NCBI GenBank assembly: GCA_002189035.1 | Contig: NEEC01000011.1 | Location: 2,418,001-2,482,000 of the forward strand | From: Utricularia gibba | Lineage: Eukaryota; Plantae; Magnoliophyta | DNA: 64,000 nucleotides | Direction: 5' to 3' | Part shown: positions 11,970 to 24,921 of the stretch, one piece after another | Position numbering within the stretch: position 1 is the first letter of the stretch | How the letters are laid out: each line of letters begins with the position of its first letter | Position numbers and translations under genes: made by a program | Notes under the pieces: model-generated | Database searches by the model: none | Told to the model about the DNA's origin: nothing | What the model saw: the letters and a program-made list of their open reading frames with translations, nothing else

Positions 11970-14059
11970 CTAGGCAAGGCGAAGACCGGCGGCACTAGGG
12001 CTTCCAAGGGTGAGCGCGACGCCGTGGATTTGATCATCATCGGGAGGGATCTCTGCCGGACACTCCGTCGTCGATTCTTCTCGGCATCCGGCGGCGCTGA
12101 TCGTTGTTGGATACAGCGATGTTGAATCCGAATATGGTCCCTTTAAGAGCACCAAACTAGTTAGTACCGACGGTTGAAATGGAGGGGTTGAGGGAAATGG
12201 TTTACTCAACCGGAGGAAAGAGAATCCCTTTCAGAACTGTTCCCTTGACGATGACTGTCATCAGGTAGCCGGAGTCGAATGCCGCATCGACTTGTCCGTG
12301 GACTGCAGCGCCAACCTGAATTGGTGAAGCAGATTTGGTGAGAAACTGCTTCATTACTTCAACTTCTGTACTAGAATTTCATACCAGACTTGCTGGGTGT
12401 CCCTGGGGATGCATTCTTGTCCCCAAAGCTGCATTTTCTTGTGCAGGGGGTAAGAGCTTGTGAGGAAGTCCAGCTCTTTGAAATGGGCGGTTCTTCTTCT
12501 GTTTGGATCTTGAACTTCATGTTCAGCTGAGCTTACTGAGACTTCTTCTTTGAAAATGAGCAGATCGTTCAAGGGACGTTCATTTTCCCCGCAACTGGAA
12601 TGCCCAGAAACACGAATTCGATCGGAGCCCAGGTATATAAGCAGCAAGTTCTAGATAGCGAAGTTACCCTCCAAAGATGGCGATCCCCATTTTGGTAGCA
12701 GTTGCTGTATGCGAGAAACGGCCATGGGGAAAGGATCCAAGCTGAAGCCATGAGGATGCAATCAAATCGAGAACCCATATGTCTCTGTAGGGTGTTCTGT
12801 CTCCAACTCCACCCAGAATGTATATCTGTAGTTGAGTAATGATCAGCTCGAAACCATACTTGTCTGTAAAGCAGACTTGTGATTCACTATCTGAAATGGG
12901 ATGTATATCTATCTTCATTTTCAATGAAAGCACTTGCCTTGGCTCCTATGTTGACAGAGGCATGGCCGGCACGAGCTTCAGGGAACGCACCATGAACATC
13001 CATCTGCAAGTGAAGCTAACTGCTGTATTCATTATCCAGAGGATCAAACACAGAAAAAAGAGGTTTTTTTTTTTTTTTTTTTTTTTTTACCTTGGACCAG
13101 ATCAAGGTATTCAGATCAAACACATGAACTTCCTTCTGGTATCCATCGCCGGAGTCGCCGCCGAAGACAAAGAGTCTATTTCCAACAGCTACAGAGCTGT
13201 GACTGTCGCAAGGCGGCGGCAAACTCCCCTGCACCTCAGGAGAAAACCACTCCATTCTATTGAGATCCAATATGTGCAAATCATTCAAGTAGCTTGCTTC
13301 TCCTCGTCCGCTCCCACCAAAGATGATCATTTTGTCATCAACCACATTCGCGGTGTGGCTCTCTCTGGGTGAAGGAGGAGTCCCCTTGCATTTTGGAAGA
13401 CTCCATTCGAGGGAAACAAGATCAAGAATGTGGAGATCATTCACCTTCTCCAAACCATTCATCCCTCCGAAAACAAACATCCGGCCGTCGAACTCAACCG
13501 CGCTGTGGCTATCCCGTGGCCCTGGGGATGCCCCAGAAGTCTTCGCAAGGTTCCATGTCATCGTAGACATATCGAACACAAGCACGTCCTTGAAATGCAT
13601 TCCTCCTCTGCATCCCTGCGTGAGAAACAGACAAAAGCGAGACGACGCCTCGGAGAAGTAAGAATTCCATGAACTACAGAGGCTTAAATTCCGATCATTC
13701 AGCTTACGACAAAAACAGATTCCAAAAAAGAGCATATTCAACTCCATGGGAACTTACTCGAAGTTGAACGGGGGCATGGAGTGAACATGAAAGTTTCCCA
13801 GATAAAAGGGACAAGAATATGTGAAAGTTCAGAACCCAAAAACTGAAACACCAAGAATCTGTAGCAGAAACGCACTGCACAAACAGGGTATGTTCACAGG
13901 AACAATACCGCAAATAACCATCACCGCAACAAAAGATAACATTTTTCGCAAAGGCGAAAGACCCACCCCGAATATGTAAAGCAAACCGTTGTAGTAGCAA
14001 GCTGAGTGTCCCCATCTCTCGCAAGGAACGGCGCCGGCAATCCTTGGAACAACCCACAT
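11970..14059 (-). CDS. Kelch-repeat (galactose oxidase-like beta-propeller) protein; start may extend to 14104; probable frameshift near 12210
   Basis: Repeated RWGHSA/PRDSHSA/PRESHTA/RAGHAS/RFSHTA + FGG kelch motifs; C-terminal QVGAAVHGQVDAAFDSGYLMT segment. Confidence 0.85.
12826..12937 (-). other. GC-AG intron in Kelch gene
   Basis: AAG|GCAAGT donor and CAG|ATATAC acceptor join ..GHASVNIGAK to IYILGG in frame. Confidence 0.75.
13064..13088. repeat. 25-nt mononucleotide run at the start of a Kelch-gene intron (poly-A on the sense strand)
   Basis: Direct reading. Confidence 0.85.
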
Positions 14060-14391
14060 TTTTTTTTTCTCTGTGAGGAACTTGGTAAAACAGAAGAGGT
14101 GCATTTGAAGAGGAGAAGGCGAAACATGGGAAAGTTGAATCAGACATCAGTGTCAACAAGACATAGTTGACGAGATGGACGGGTCTTTCTTTTTTCATTT
14201 CATGTCGAACTTACTGTGCCATCAAACTCGACTGATGGAATCTTGACGGGACCTGTAATGGACACCATTTCGACGGTGAAGAGAAAAAAAAAGTATATGT
14301 GAAAATTAAATTACCTGAAAATGACGTCAGCTTGGTGTCGATAAGCAGAGACGACGAGCTGCTGGAGCCTGGTGCAGAGTACACTACAGCT

Positions 14392-16254
14392 ATGGAGTTG
14401 CTCTTCTCATCAGTCATTTTCCTTTTCTCCGTTCTTTTCTCTATTCCCATTCAGGTCGCCTCCTCCGCTTGCAGAACTCCGCCAGTGATATTCAACTTCG
14501 GGGATTCCAACTCCGACACCGGCGGCATTGCCTCCGGTCTGGGTTTCCAAATCAACCTCCCCAATGGCCGTACATTCTTCCGCCGATCCACGGGCAGGCT
14601 CTCCGATGGGCGATTAATCATCGATTTTCTCTGTAAGTGGTCCATAACCCTCCAACAGATGAATTCTCTACGCTCTGAAGCGAAGCCTTTCATTACCGGG
14701 GACAGATGGGTAACGAGAATGCACTTCGGTATAGCAGTAGAACCACCAGTATAGCGCTGGTGGGTGGTTGCATTTTAGGGTCGATAGATCTGAAAATGTG
14801 ACCGCAGAGTGTTCCCGATTCAACTTCAACTTCTAGTTTAGTGAAGCATTTGAGAGATTTCCTTACCAAATTCATCTCCATTTCTGAGTGCGAATCGAAG
14901 ACGAAACACTTTGAACAAGAAATGGGATCATCTTAGAGGGACTCATATTCTATTTGGTAGCCTCCCTTTTGGTTGATTCTTTGCTTGATGAATGATAGCT
15001 GAATCCCTGGTGTCGATCATTCCTCTCATTTCTTCTGGATTATGCCATTCAGCATGATCTTGTACATGTATTCCCTGAAAAAGCTACAGCAGAGGATCAG
15101 TTTCATGTTATACATGTACACATACCTTTGCATTGATAATGAGCTTACTCCATTGTTCTTCACAAGTGAGGAGTGATTGCAGGCCAAAGCGTGGATGCAA
15201 GTTTCCTGAGCCCCTACCTCGACCCTTTGGATGCCACCTTCTCCAGTGGAGCGAATTTCGCAATTGCAGGATCAGCCACCCTGCCTAGATATGTGCCATT
15301 CTCATTGAACATTCAGGTCATGCAATTCAAGCATTTCAAGGCTCGCTCTGCTGAGCTTGCTTCCATGGGTGAGTTCTACTTCCACAGAAGCCTGTTCTTC
15401 TTTCCTTGATTCCTGATATCAGCTTCTCATGCTCTTGCTCCTTCTAGGTGCCAGTAACATGATAGGGCTGATATGTTCAGCAAAGCTCTCTACATCATTG
15501 ATATTGGGCAGAATGACATCGCTGATTCATTTGCAAAGGGCCTGTCATATGTGCAAGTAGTCAACAAGCTTCCTTCGGTTTTAGCTGAAATCCAAACCGC
15601 TATAAAGGTGTGTTACTAAGGGTATTTGCTTGAAACTAAGCAAAAAATGGCTGCATGTGACTGTTTTGGTTGTGGATCAGGAGCTATATGATCAAGGAGG
15701 GAGGTACTTTTGGGTTCACAATACAGGGCCATTAGGGTGTTTACCTCAGAAGCTTGCTGCAGCCCGGAACTCTTCCTTGGAAATTGATTCATTTGGCTGC
15801 ATCTCGAGCTACAACTCTGCCGCCCAGCTTTTCAATCAAGGCTTGAACAAGGTCTGCACAGGATTGAGGTCTGATATGAAGGGTGCAACAGTCGTCTATG
15901 TTGACATCTACTCCATCAAGCTCGACATCATAGCAAACTCCACGAAATACGGTCAGGCTTCGACAGCATTTGCAGTTCACCTTCACATCTTTGTCCATTG
16001 CGAGACTGAACTACCGTGGTGCAGGTTTCCCAAGGCCACTGATGGCTTGTTGTGGATCAGGAGGGCAACCATACAACTATGATCGGAGGGTGACATGCGG
16101 GTTTCCAGGCTATCAGGTCTGCGACCAGGCGGAGAAGCATGTAAGCTGGGATGGAGTGCACTACACGGAGGCAGCTAACTCATTTGTAGCATCCAAGATA
16201 CTCTCCACAGAGTACTCAACCCCGCGCATCGCCTTCCCTTTCTTCTGCCAGTGA
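14392..16254 (+). CDS. GDSL esterase/lipase (secreted), 5 exons
   Basis: Signal peptide, block I FNFGDSNSDTG, TGRLSDGRLIIDF, GANFA, DIGQND, C-terminal WDGVHYTEAAN (DxxH). Confidence 0.93.
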
Positions 16255-16742
16255 CCAGGTAATCCATGTTTCATCGACTTTGCTAAAGCTGTTAACTGTA
16301 ACCAAGATCAATGAATTACAGTCACAGTCATGGCTTCCACTGAGAATGGAGGAAGGAACTAAGCATGGAAGAATACATACCGGGGATGGTGCACTTCTGT
16401 AGTAGGATCATCGGAAAGTGGAATCACACAGCCTTGGCACCATCTGAGTCTCAATGAAAGTACCCTGAAATACATTTATTTAGTCCATTATATTCAAACA
16501 ATGTTTTCTCATCCTTCAAATTACAGATGAAGAAGCAGTAACCTTTATTTTAGCATTAATCTACTTGTTTTTTAGAATAACAGCGTATTAGGTTATATTA
16601 AAATGTTTACCTGTTTGTTTGAAAGCTCATCATAATAACTACCAAAAGGAAAGGCATGATCCCCGTTGCATCATCCTCTGCTAGCACGATTTTGGAAACA
16701 CTGAGGCTGTAAGTTACATAAGCCATGGCCGAACCGACTGAA

Positions 16743-19700
16743 CTACCTAAACTTCGGTCTCTTTGGGACAGTGGTGCTGGGACCAGCTCTTGCCTTGCCC
16801 ATGCTCTTCATCTTCCTTCTCCGACGCTCTTCTTCACTGTCGGATTCATCACCCTTCATGCGGTCTGCATTGGTGGCTTCCCTCTCTAGCTCTTCCCATG
16901 TTTTGCCTTCCTCCTCCGCTGAGCCTTCCTCAGAATCATCTTCCTCGTCGTCTTCTGATTCTACCAGGGATTCACTGTCCGAGTCCTCTTCTTCGGAGTC
17001 TGATTCAGGATCAGCATCTGAGGGGGTGTAGCCTTTGTCTGACTCTTCTGAGTTATCTGAATCTGAGTCTGTTGCTTCTAGGTTCAAGAATTCCCAGCCA
17101 CCATCTTCTACAAACTTCTGTGGGTCGTCTGTGATTGTTTTAAGGATGGGGCGCCAGTTGAGATTCAACCTGCTCTCATAGTACTTGATATCTGTGGTAT
17201 CGAGCCATTCCTTGATCCCATCAAGTGAGGAAGATGGGATGGAATCAATCCTAGTGATATCCCGCTTAAAATCCTTGAAGACGATGGCCATATCAAAATT
17301 CTTCTGTCCAAGGCCAACCCTTTCCAGATTGACAATCTCTATTTCACCCAGTGTTATGACCAGGAAAGGTGTTTCTATCAACTCCACCAGGCAGCTTGAT
17401 GTCGGAACTATGAAAGATGAAGTCTTGAACGGCACACCATAGAAGCCAAGTTCTCTCAGTGGCTGGTCAAATTCTAGGTCAAGCCCTTTAAGCTGAGGCT
17501 GCCCCCAGAGATCATTCACCCGGTTTACAAAATGCTGAAAATCCATATTGATTTTGTTCTTGCGGTCTCTCTCTCTTTGCTCCTCTTCAATCTCATCTGG
17601 ATCATATGCAGATCTCTTCCCACCACCAATATTCTGGACCATCTCCATTACTTCAACATAGAATTGTACATCCTTGGTTTTCTTGTTTCCAACCATGATG
17701 TGATTGTGCAAGTGAAAATGGAGGAGGGTGATCATCTCCTTCTCAGCTGGTTGGAAAAATGCATGTTTTATGTTCCCAAACATGATGTCAATTTTTTCTT
17801 CTGATCTTGAGGTAGAATATCGAAAACCATTGGCATGAGCCTCAAGTGCACCAGTCAACTTCCTAGCCCGGCCTCCAAAGGCTGGGCGTATCCACAAGTC
17901 ATGCAGCTTTACAGGCTTAAACTTGTTTCCGGCCAGGACAAGTTTCTCTTGGGTCACCAGAGTTGCCCTTTCAGCCCTTTCAGACTCCCTAGCCATGACA
18001 TTGCGTCTAAGCGTTTTAATCTGCTGCACAACTTCACTTATATGCCTAGGGTCTTTTGAACGGAATGAGACCTCCTTCACATATATAGATCCCAGGTTCT
18101 TCAGAGAAGTTGCATCATGCGGAGTGAAAGGAGTTCCGGGTACATTGAAGATAATACGAATGTAGCAATTGCGATTGGTGTCCTGTTGGCTTGATACTGT
18201 CTTCAAAGTAGACACATGGAAAGGCACCATGCTTCCATAAATTGGAATTAAAATGGCCTCATTCTTGGAGTCTACTTGAATCATCATATCCCGCGGCTGA
18301 GGTACTTCATTGACATTTTTATATGCAATTAATTCATTTGCAGTCTTCAGAGAAGTTCTACCATCACCAGTACCAGAACCAACCCCAGCAAGTCTCCTAA
18401 GAGTTTCTTCATTTTTCTGGCGGGCCAGTTCTGCCTGATGCTGCTTACGGAGCTCTTCCTTTGATATCTCTCCGTCTGACCGCAATGTTGCTTTAGAAAA
18501 TACTGAATCATTCGCACTGGCCACTGGTTTCACAGGAGGCACCTCCTCCTCATCATCATTAAATGTATAAGCAACATCTTTAACAGATTTAGAGCAAGCT
18601 GCGGTCACTACCTCATGGCCATTCTCTGTCACTATAACTGTATCCGCAATCAACAATGAAAAATTCTTACTTTTTGGGTTGGTTGTGTTCGCTTGCAAGT
18701 TTTGAAATCCAAGTAACACATTGAAAACCATTCCCGCTTTTAGCATCCGCTCGTTCTTTGCATTAAGAATCAAACCTGATTCACGAAACTCCAATCCAAT
18801 CCCAGTCCCAGCAGATTTAGTGAGACTAGAAACAAGTTCAGGTGCCTCCTTCGCAACTACTTCAGAAGCTGCCTTATAAACAGTGCTACTCTTATTCCCA
18901 GGTTTCAGAGCCAGAATAGCTGCCTCGTGAGCCTTAAGAAGAACCTCGTAGGCCCTGCTCTGTACTGTGTCAGCATCTATCAGATAAGACCTTCCAATAT
19001 TAGAACAGTAGTTATTGTAGCGAGAACCTATCGCACAAATTATGATACTGCATGAATCATAGTACAATAATTCGTCATTACTTGATGCACTAGGTCTTAA
19101 ATCAAAATCACCACCACTCTGAAATATTGGAGGATAACAGATATCGACATTCTCAGGCTTTAGTCTGACACCAAGCTTAGCAGGATTCAGTATAGCATTC
19201 TCTGTGGCTCCCATCAAAGAAGCATGTGTCACCTTCTTCTCCTCATCAATCACTTTTTCAACTTCTGTTACTACAAAGCTCTTCATAACACACGCAGTTA
19301 GATGAGCAGCTTTTTTAACACACATGATCTCATCTTTGTCCTTCACAGAAAAAAGGTCTGACAAACCATTTGCAATATCACTTAAATGGAGCCCCGAATT
19401 CTTCAACTTTTCTGTCCATATTTCCAATACTTTCCCTTCAGGAACTTCTTTAGCAATATACCCAAAAGTACAAGGACTACTGCTATTCACTTTAGAATGG
19501 ATTCCACTGAGCAGTGAATCAATTTGAGCAGTTCCACTTTCGCCTTTGGCCTTCACATGAATGACAACATCAACATTAATGGTGTCTTTAGCAGTAATCT
19601 TCAAAGGCTCAAGTAATGATGCTATCTTTCTGCTGCACAAGAAGTTAATATTTTTTTCTCCAAACACCATAATCGTCTCAGGATAGTCATGACCAAGGAG

Positions 19701-20708
19701 CCAGATACTTAGAGCAGATGACTTAGGATAACGTAAATCCTCTGAAGGTGGAGGCGTGGCAGCAGAAATATAATCTGAAGAACCCCATAATGCAGCTTTA
19801 TTTTGGTGCCAATGTGAGTATAAGGCCTTCAGTCGTGTGCTGAAAGTGATGAGGTCTACAGCATATGACTTTTCGCTTGACGGTTGACCGCTAGAACCAC
19901 TAACTTTTTCAGGAAATGATGGATTTCCATTTGTAGATTGACCGTTTGGGTTTGACTTTGCAACCGAAGATGGAATCCCTTTTACATGAGTAGCATTTGC
20001 GCTCGTTTTTTCCGTCCTTGGAAGATTTCCGGTTGGTGGTCGGTTTGAGTTTGCTTTCTCAACCTCCACCGCATGTACTCTGCAGAAGATTAAAAAAATA
20101 ACCATTCCAAAACAAATATAGAAGGCAATAAACAAGCATAGCAATTAGATGTCTCACCAAAGGTTGCTGAGCGACTAACAAAAAGAAAATGAAAATACTG
20201 ATGCGCTCAAGTTTAACGAACCTTCAACCCAACTCCCACAAAAAAACTTGAAAATACGAACAGCAGCGCACATGATTTAAAATCAAATGGGCATTCGGAT
20301 TTCGATAAAACATTACTTTCGAATTAAGAAGATGTGCCCAAACACCATATAGCACGCCGTTTTTTAACCAACAACGAACACCATGCCCAGAATTTAAAAA
20401 TAAAAAACAAGGGAAAACCGAATATAAATAAGCAACTATAGACCAAACGCAGTTTGAACCTATGAAACAATAAATAGGAAGTTGTTCTTCAACCTCCAAA
20501 ACCACCACACTCAGAACTCGAAGATACAAAACATAGAAACGAAATTGACATTAGAAAATTTCCAGCAAACGAAAGTTTTAGACGACAACCGGTGCCCCAA
20601 ACATCAAATAGCACGCCATTCTTCAACACCACAAGCACACCACCCAAGAACTTTGAAAAATCAACTAACTGTCCACTCAAGATACCAGAGAAATGCAACT
20701 TACTTCAT
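16743..20708 (-). CDS. SPT16: FACT complex subunit SPT16; proposed join(20704-20708, 16743-20079)
   Basis: Long exon with SPT16 motifs (NVDICYPPIFQSGG, KSAGTGIGLEFRE, HNHIMVGNKKTKDVQFY, acidic C-tail). No in-frame ATG follows the acceptor at 20080; ATG-AA|GTAAGT at 20708 supplies a start in the correct phase. Confidence 0.95.
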
Positions 20709-21338
20709 TCTCTTCACAAAGCACGCTCCGCCACTGCACCGAGTTCCTCCCTACCGGCAGATTGATCCCTCAACCGTTGCCACCGCTTTCACAAGCCCTA
20801 ATTTCAATCCTACAATATGAGCACTGGTATTTGCATTTCCAAGCTTCATTTTTCAGCCTACAGAATTTTGTCCCCATAATTCCCAAAATCTTGCCTTTCA
20901 ACTCGGCTCCGGATTTCATGAACCCGGTTCAACCCGGTCGGTTTAACCTAAAAACATGCCAACATGGATGTATGTGCATGCCACCGACCACCGCGCTGGA
21001 TATTCATGCATAATTGATTAATTTCCAGCATCATTAATAAAAAGTAATAAAACAAATCACCCGATTCCACGTGGAATTAACGGGTTTTTTTAATATATTC
21101 ATATTAAATATTAATCAATTATTACATAAAAAAAATTGATTTTGAGGCGGACCCCATCGGCATACAGACAAAAAAATTGTGAAAAGGTCGGTGTCATTGA
21201 TTTACTATTTTATCTCTTGCTGCTCGAAGTGGTTGCGGTCTTTGTCTCGTTCCAGTGAATCAATCCAACGAGCGCCTCGAATTTGGTTAATCATATACGT
21301 TTTTCAGGCAATCGAGATTTGGGTTTTCTTATTTCGCA

Positions 21339-23828
21339 ATGGCGGCGAGCGCTAGCCCCTCAGTTGGGGTCAGAGCAACACCACCAATGGCGATAATGAT
21401 TGCGTCGCCGCGCCGGAGAATGTTAGCGGCGGCGGAGGCCTTTTGGCAACTGATAATTCCGTTGTGGGACCGAGTCCTGAGGGTTTGCGCCACAACGTGA
21501 CTTTAGCGGTTGATTGGTCGCCGGAGGAGCAGTCCACGCTCGAAGAAATGCTCGCAAAGTGAGTTCTTTTCTGTTTTCTCTTCCTCTTTTTTTCTGAGAA
21601 ACAAATCCAATTGAAGTTGGGTTGTTATACAATATTTTTGCTTCTGGGTGGCGATTATTTGGATCAATTTTCCCAGGTATGCCTCTGAGACTCCTGTCAT
21701 CCGCTATGCTTTAATTGCTAATGCGTTGAATGACAAGACGGTTCGTGATGTTGCGATGCGTTGCCGGTGGATGAATGTAAGCATTTAATTGTGGTTGTTT
21801 TTCTGGGTGCCTACGCACCAATTAGAAATCTTTATTGTACTTTTATACCCTACAAGTTAAATCATGCGGGTTATTATTTCAATATTGTTTTTTTCTTCAG
21901 ATTTCACATCCTGTGCATCCCACAATGAGCACTTCTGCTTTTAACTGTTTTGGTCTTACTGACCATTTTTCTATCCTGGATTTTATTAGATTTGCATGCA
22001 TTCCTCTTTACACGAAATCATGGTTTTAATATGATGATTGAGAGAACATTTTAGTGATTATCTGGTGTATGATCCATTGTATTTCGTGAAGAGGCAAAAG
22101 GGTGTGTTTTTTTATCACCGATACATGTATATTTGTACGAGTCTGGATTCATCGATGCGAACTGCCAGTGATTCAGTACAGCAGATATGTCATAATTCCT
22201 TTAGGTAGTGCTTAGTACCAGGGAGTAGTGAGAAAAACTGGGGTTCTTTTGCTGCACAGCACGAATAGAACCTAACCTCTTTTTCTGCGTAATGTTGTGA
22301 ACTAGTGGAATGTGCAACCTTTGATCAATCATTCATCTCCCTGCAGAAAAAGGAAATTGGCAAGAGAAGAAAGGATGAGAATTTCTTGTCGAAAAAAACT
22401 AAAGATAAGAAGGTAGTTGCTATTTATCCTGCTTCTTTAAGTGTCACCTGATGAGTGGGGTTCCTGTCTTTTCTCATTAGTGCCATCTGGGGTGAGGCAA
22501 ATGAATACAAAAAGATAGAAGCTGTGCCAGATTAATTTACTTTTTCTCGTCAGTGTAATTTCCATTGAACTTTTCAGGAAAAAGTTCCAGATTCGGTGCT
22601 GAGGCCGTGTCAAGTCTCAAAGCGTAATGAAGTTCCTCCTTATGTTCAGTCTGTTGTCTCAATGGATAAAGATGATGGCATCTCTTTCGAAGGTCAGTCT
22701 GCTGCTTTCATAGTGTAGTACCGCTTCTTCAACGATTTTCTTTCTTTCTACTGCTAATTATATCTCACACTGCACTTCAAAAGTTTGCGTATCACACTTC
22801 TACAGTTTGCTTTCACCAAAAATTATGGATTCTGAGTTTCTTGTTTTCATCCTTCATTAAACAAGTGATGAACATGAGGATTTGAAGATATGGAATCATG
22901 GGAAACAAACCCAAAATCTTCTTAGAGTGTGTTTAGAAGCCTTAATGATTTTTATGCAAACATGGACTCTTTTGCATACTACAGTCCTGAGATAGCGGAA
23001 AACCAGAAGAAGATGGAAAAGTTCCAAAATGTAGGTTGTCCTGTTTAATAATAGAATACCCCACTTCAAATAAAAATGAAGATCAAAATCAGAAGAAGGC
23101 CCAATCTCTGACTGTTGCAATAATGTTCCGTAGAAGTTTGTGCTGTTTTTCCCACTTTTGAGTTTTGCATCTCAGCTATTGGTGGGACTGCTGGGCAACT
23201 CCTTGAGCAGACTTCCCATGCGTTGGACCAGATTTCTTCCAACTTTAATGTGGGAAAGGTACTTTTTGCTCTTCATCGTACTAAAATTTCCCCAAGATTG
23301 TACCTTTTAGTCTGAGGCCATTAATGCAGAGCTTCCTTTATGTCCTGGAACTTTAATACATTAGAATGAGCCCTCGAGTCCATTTTCAGCATCAGTTAAA
23401 CACTTGACAGAGAGTACTATAAGTTGCCTGAGCTATAAGTTGTGGTTGTTGAACCTCTGTAAAACAAAAAAAAAAAGCATTTCTATTGATCATTTCCTTA
23501 TTCACCAAACTAGAAACTCTTTCACAGATTCATGTGAATGTGGATCTCTTCCGCCAAGCTCGATCAAACATTCTCTCCATCATGAACGAGTATGTCTCTT
23601 CAAACACTGCTCTTGCAGATCTTGAGTTGTGAACCTCATTATCTGTTCCTGAACATTTCCCATCTTCCTGGCTGCATGATATGATGACCCATCTGATGCA
23701 GAAGCTTCTCTTGCAGCTTGAACGAGCCACCTTCTGTCATGAAACACATGCCTCCACTCCCAGTGAAGTTGAACGAGGAGCTCGCGCGTTCTGTCCTCCC
23801 TCAAATGCCTCCACCAAGCATTTCCTGA
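21339..23828 (+). CDS. DUF3755 Myb/SANT-like protein, multi-exon; apparent frameshift at 21366-21369
   Basis: DWSPEEQSTLEEML, DKTVRDVAMRCRWM, and C-terminal MKHMPPLPVKLNEELA, typical of the DUF3755 family. Confidence 0.82.
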
Positions 23829-24921
23829 GCTCCATGTCAGGTACCAGACAAGTGTTGATACAAAACAAAAAGCAAAAAAAAAGAACAGACTTTTGATTGT
23901 ATAAGCCTGAAGAAAGTCATCAGGATTAGTCAGTCTAGTTTAGCAGTCCTTTGGGTATGGTGTCCCGCTAGTGTACGCTAATGCTCCATGTACATTCTCT
24001 CCCCTTCATTAGTTCAACTCCTTCCCACCAATAGATGGACTGCAGCTGTGCTTAAATCTGTCTGTATTTGTTAGTAATAAAATTCCATTTATAATAATTT
24101 TTGTTTTTTAAAAAATATCTTAGAAAATATTTTTTCAAAAAATAGAATGAAACATAATCTAGATAATTCTAAATTCTAGATGTATAATTAGGGTTGAGCA
24201 AAATTTGATTCTGTTTCAATTAGTAAAATTTGGCATAAATTAATTATAGGTGAATTCAGTTATTAGGAACAAATTTTATGTATTTTTATTTTTAGTTCGG
24301 TTTTGATTATTAATTTATATACTTTTATCAATTTGGTTCAGTAACTTGTGTTTTTTGTGTGTTGAGAGAATTGCTTATTATTTATATGGTTTATATAACT
24401 TATAATGTAATTGCATAAATTCACTACAAATTATTAAAGAAAAGTAATAAAAAAAGATAGTTACACATGCATTTTTTTTCTAGTCATATCTAAAATTTCT
24501 AATCAGCAATGTCAATCACAGAAAAAAATTGCATTTTTAATTTATTTCATGTTTTTGAAATAAATTATTGAATTACATTAATTTTAAAATTATTATAATA
24601 ATATACAATATAATTGTTAATAAATATCATTTATTTATAAAAATAAATTCGTATTCCATTATATTATCATTATTTAAAAAATATTATAAATATATATTAT
24701 AATATATTGATTGCAATAAAGAGAAGAAAGCGGCTCGGCGCCACTTGTTTTCCGGCGTTCAGACTGGTAGATAGATACTGGCGCACAGCCAATGAGGTGT
24801 CTCTATCAACAGCTGAGCACTTGACCAGATACAACCTCCACTCTTGCAAACCAAACTTTTGCTATTTCTATGTGAATCTGCCTGAAGAGGAAAGGGAGTT
24901 GTGAATTCAATTCTCTCCAAG

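Noticed and set aside
14211-16254. GDSL lipase, cytochrome b561/DOMON, Kelch and transporter as a biosynthetic gene cluster
   Set aside because: No scaffold-forming enzyme (terpene synthase, PKS, P450 array) is present.
22030-22200. ATGATGA box-C-like motif in a DUF3755 intron (snoRNA?)
   Set aside because: No CTGA box D or terminal stem at a suitable distance.
24000-24700. AT-rich spacer as a MITE or transposon remnant (also 11560-11740, 39130-39640, 52120-52800)
   Set aside because: No terminal inverted repeats, target-site duplications or transposase/RT coding fragments could be identified.
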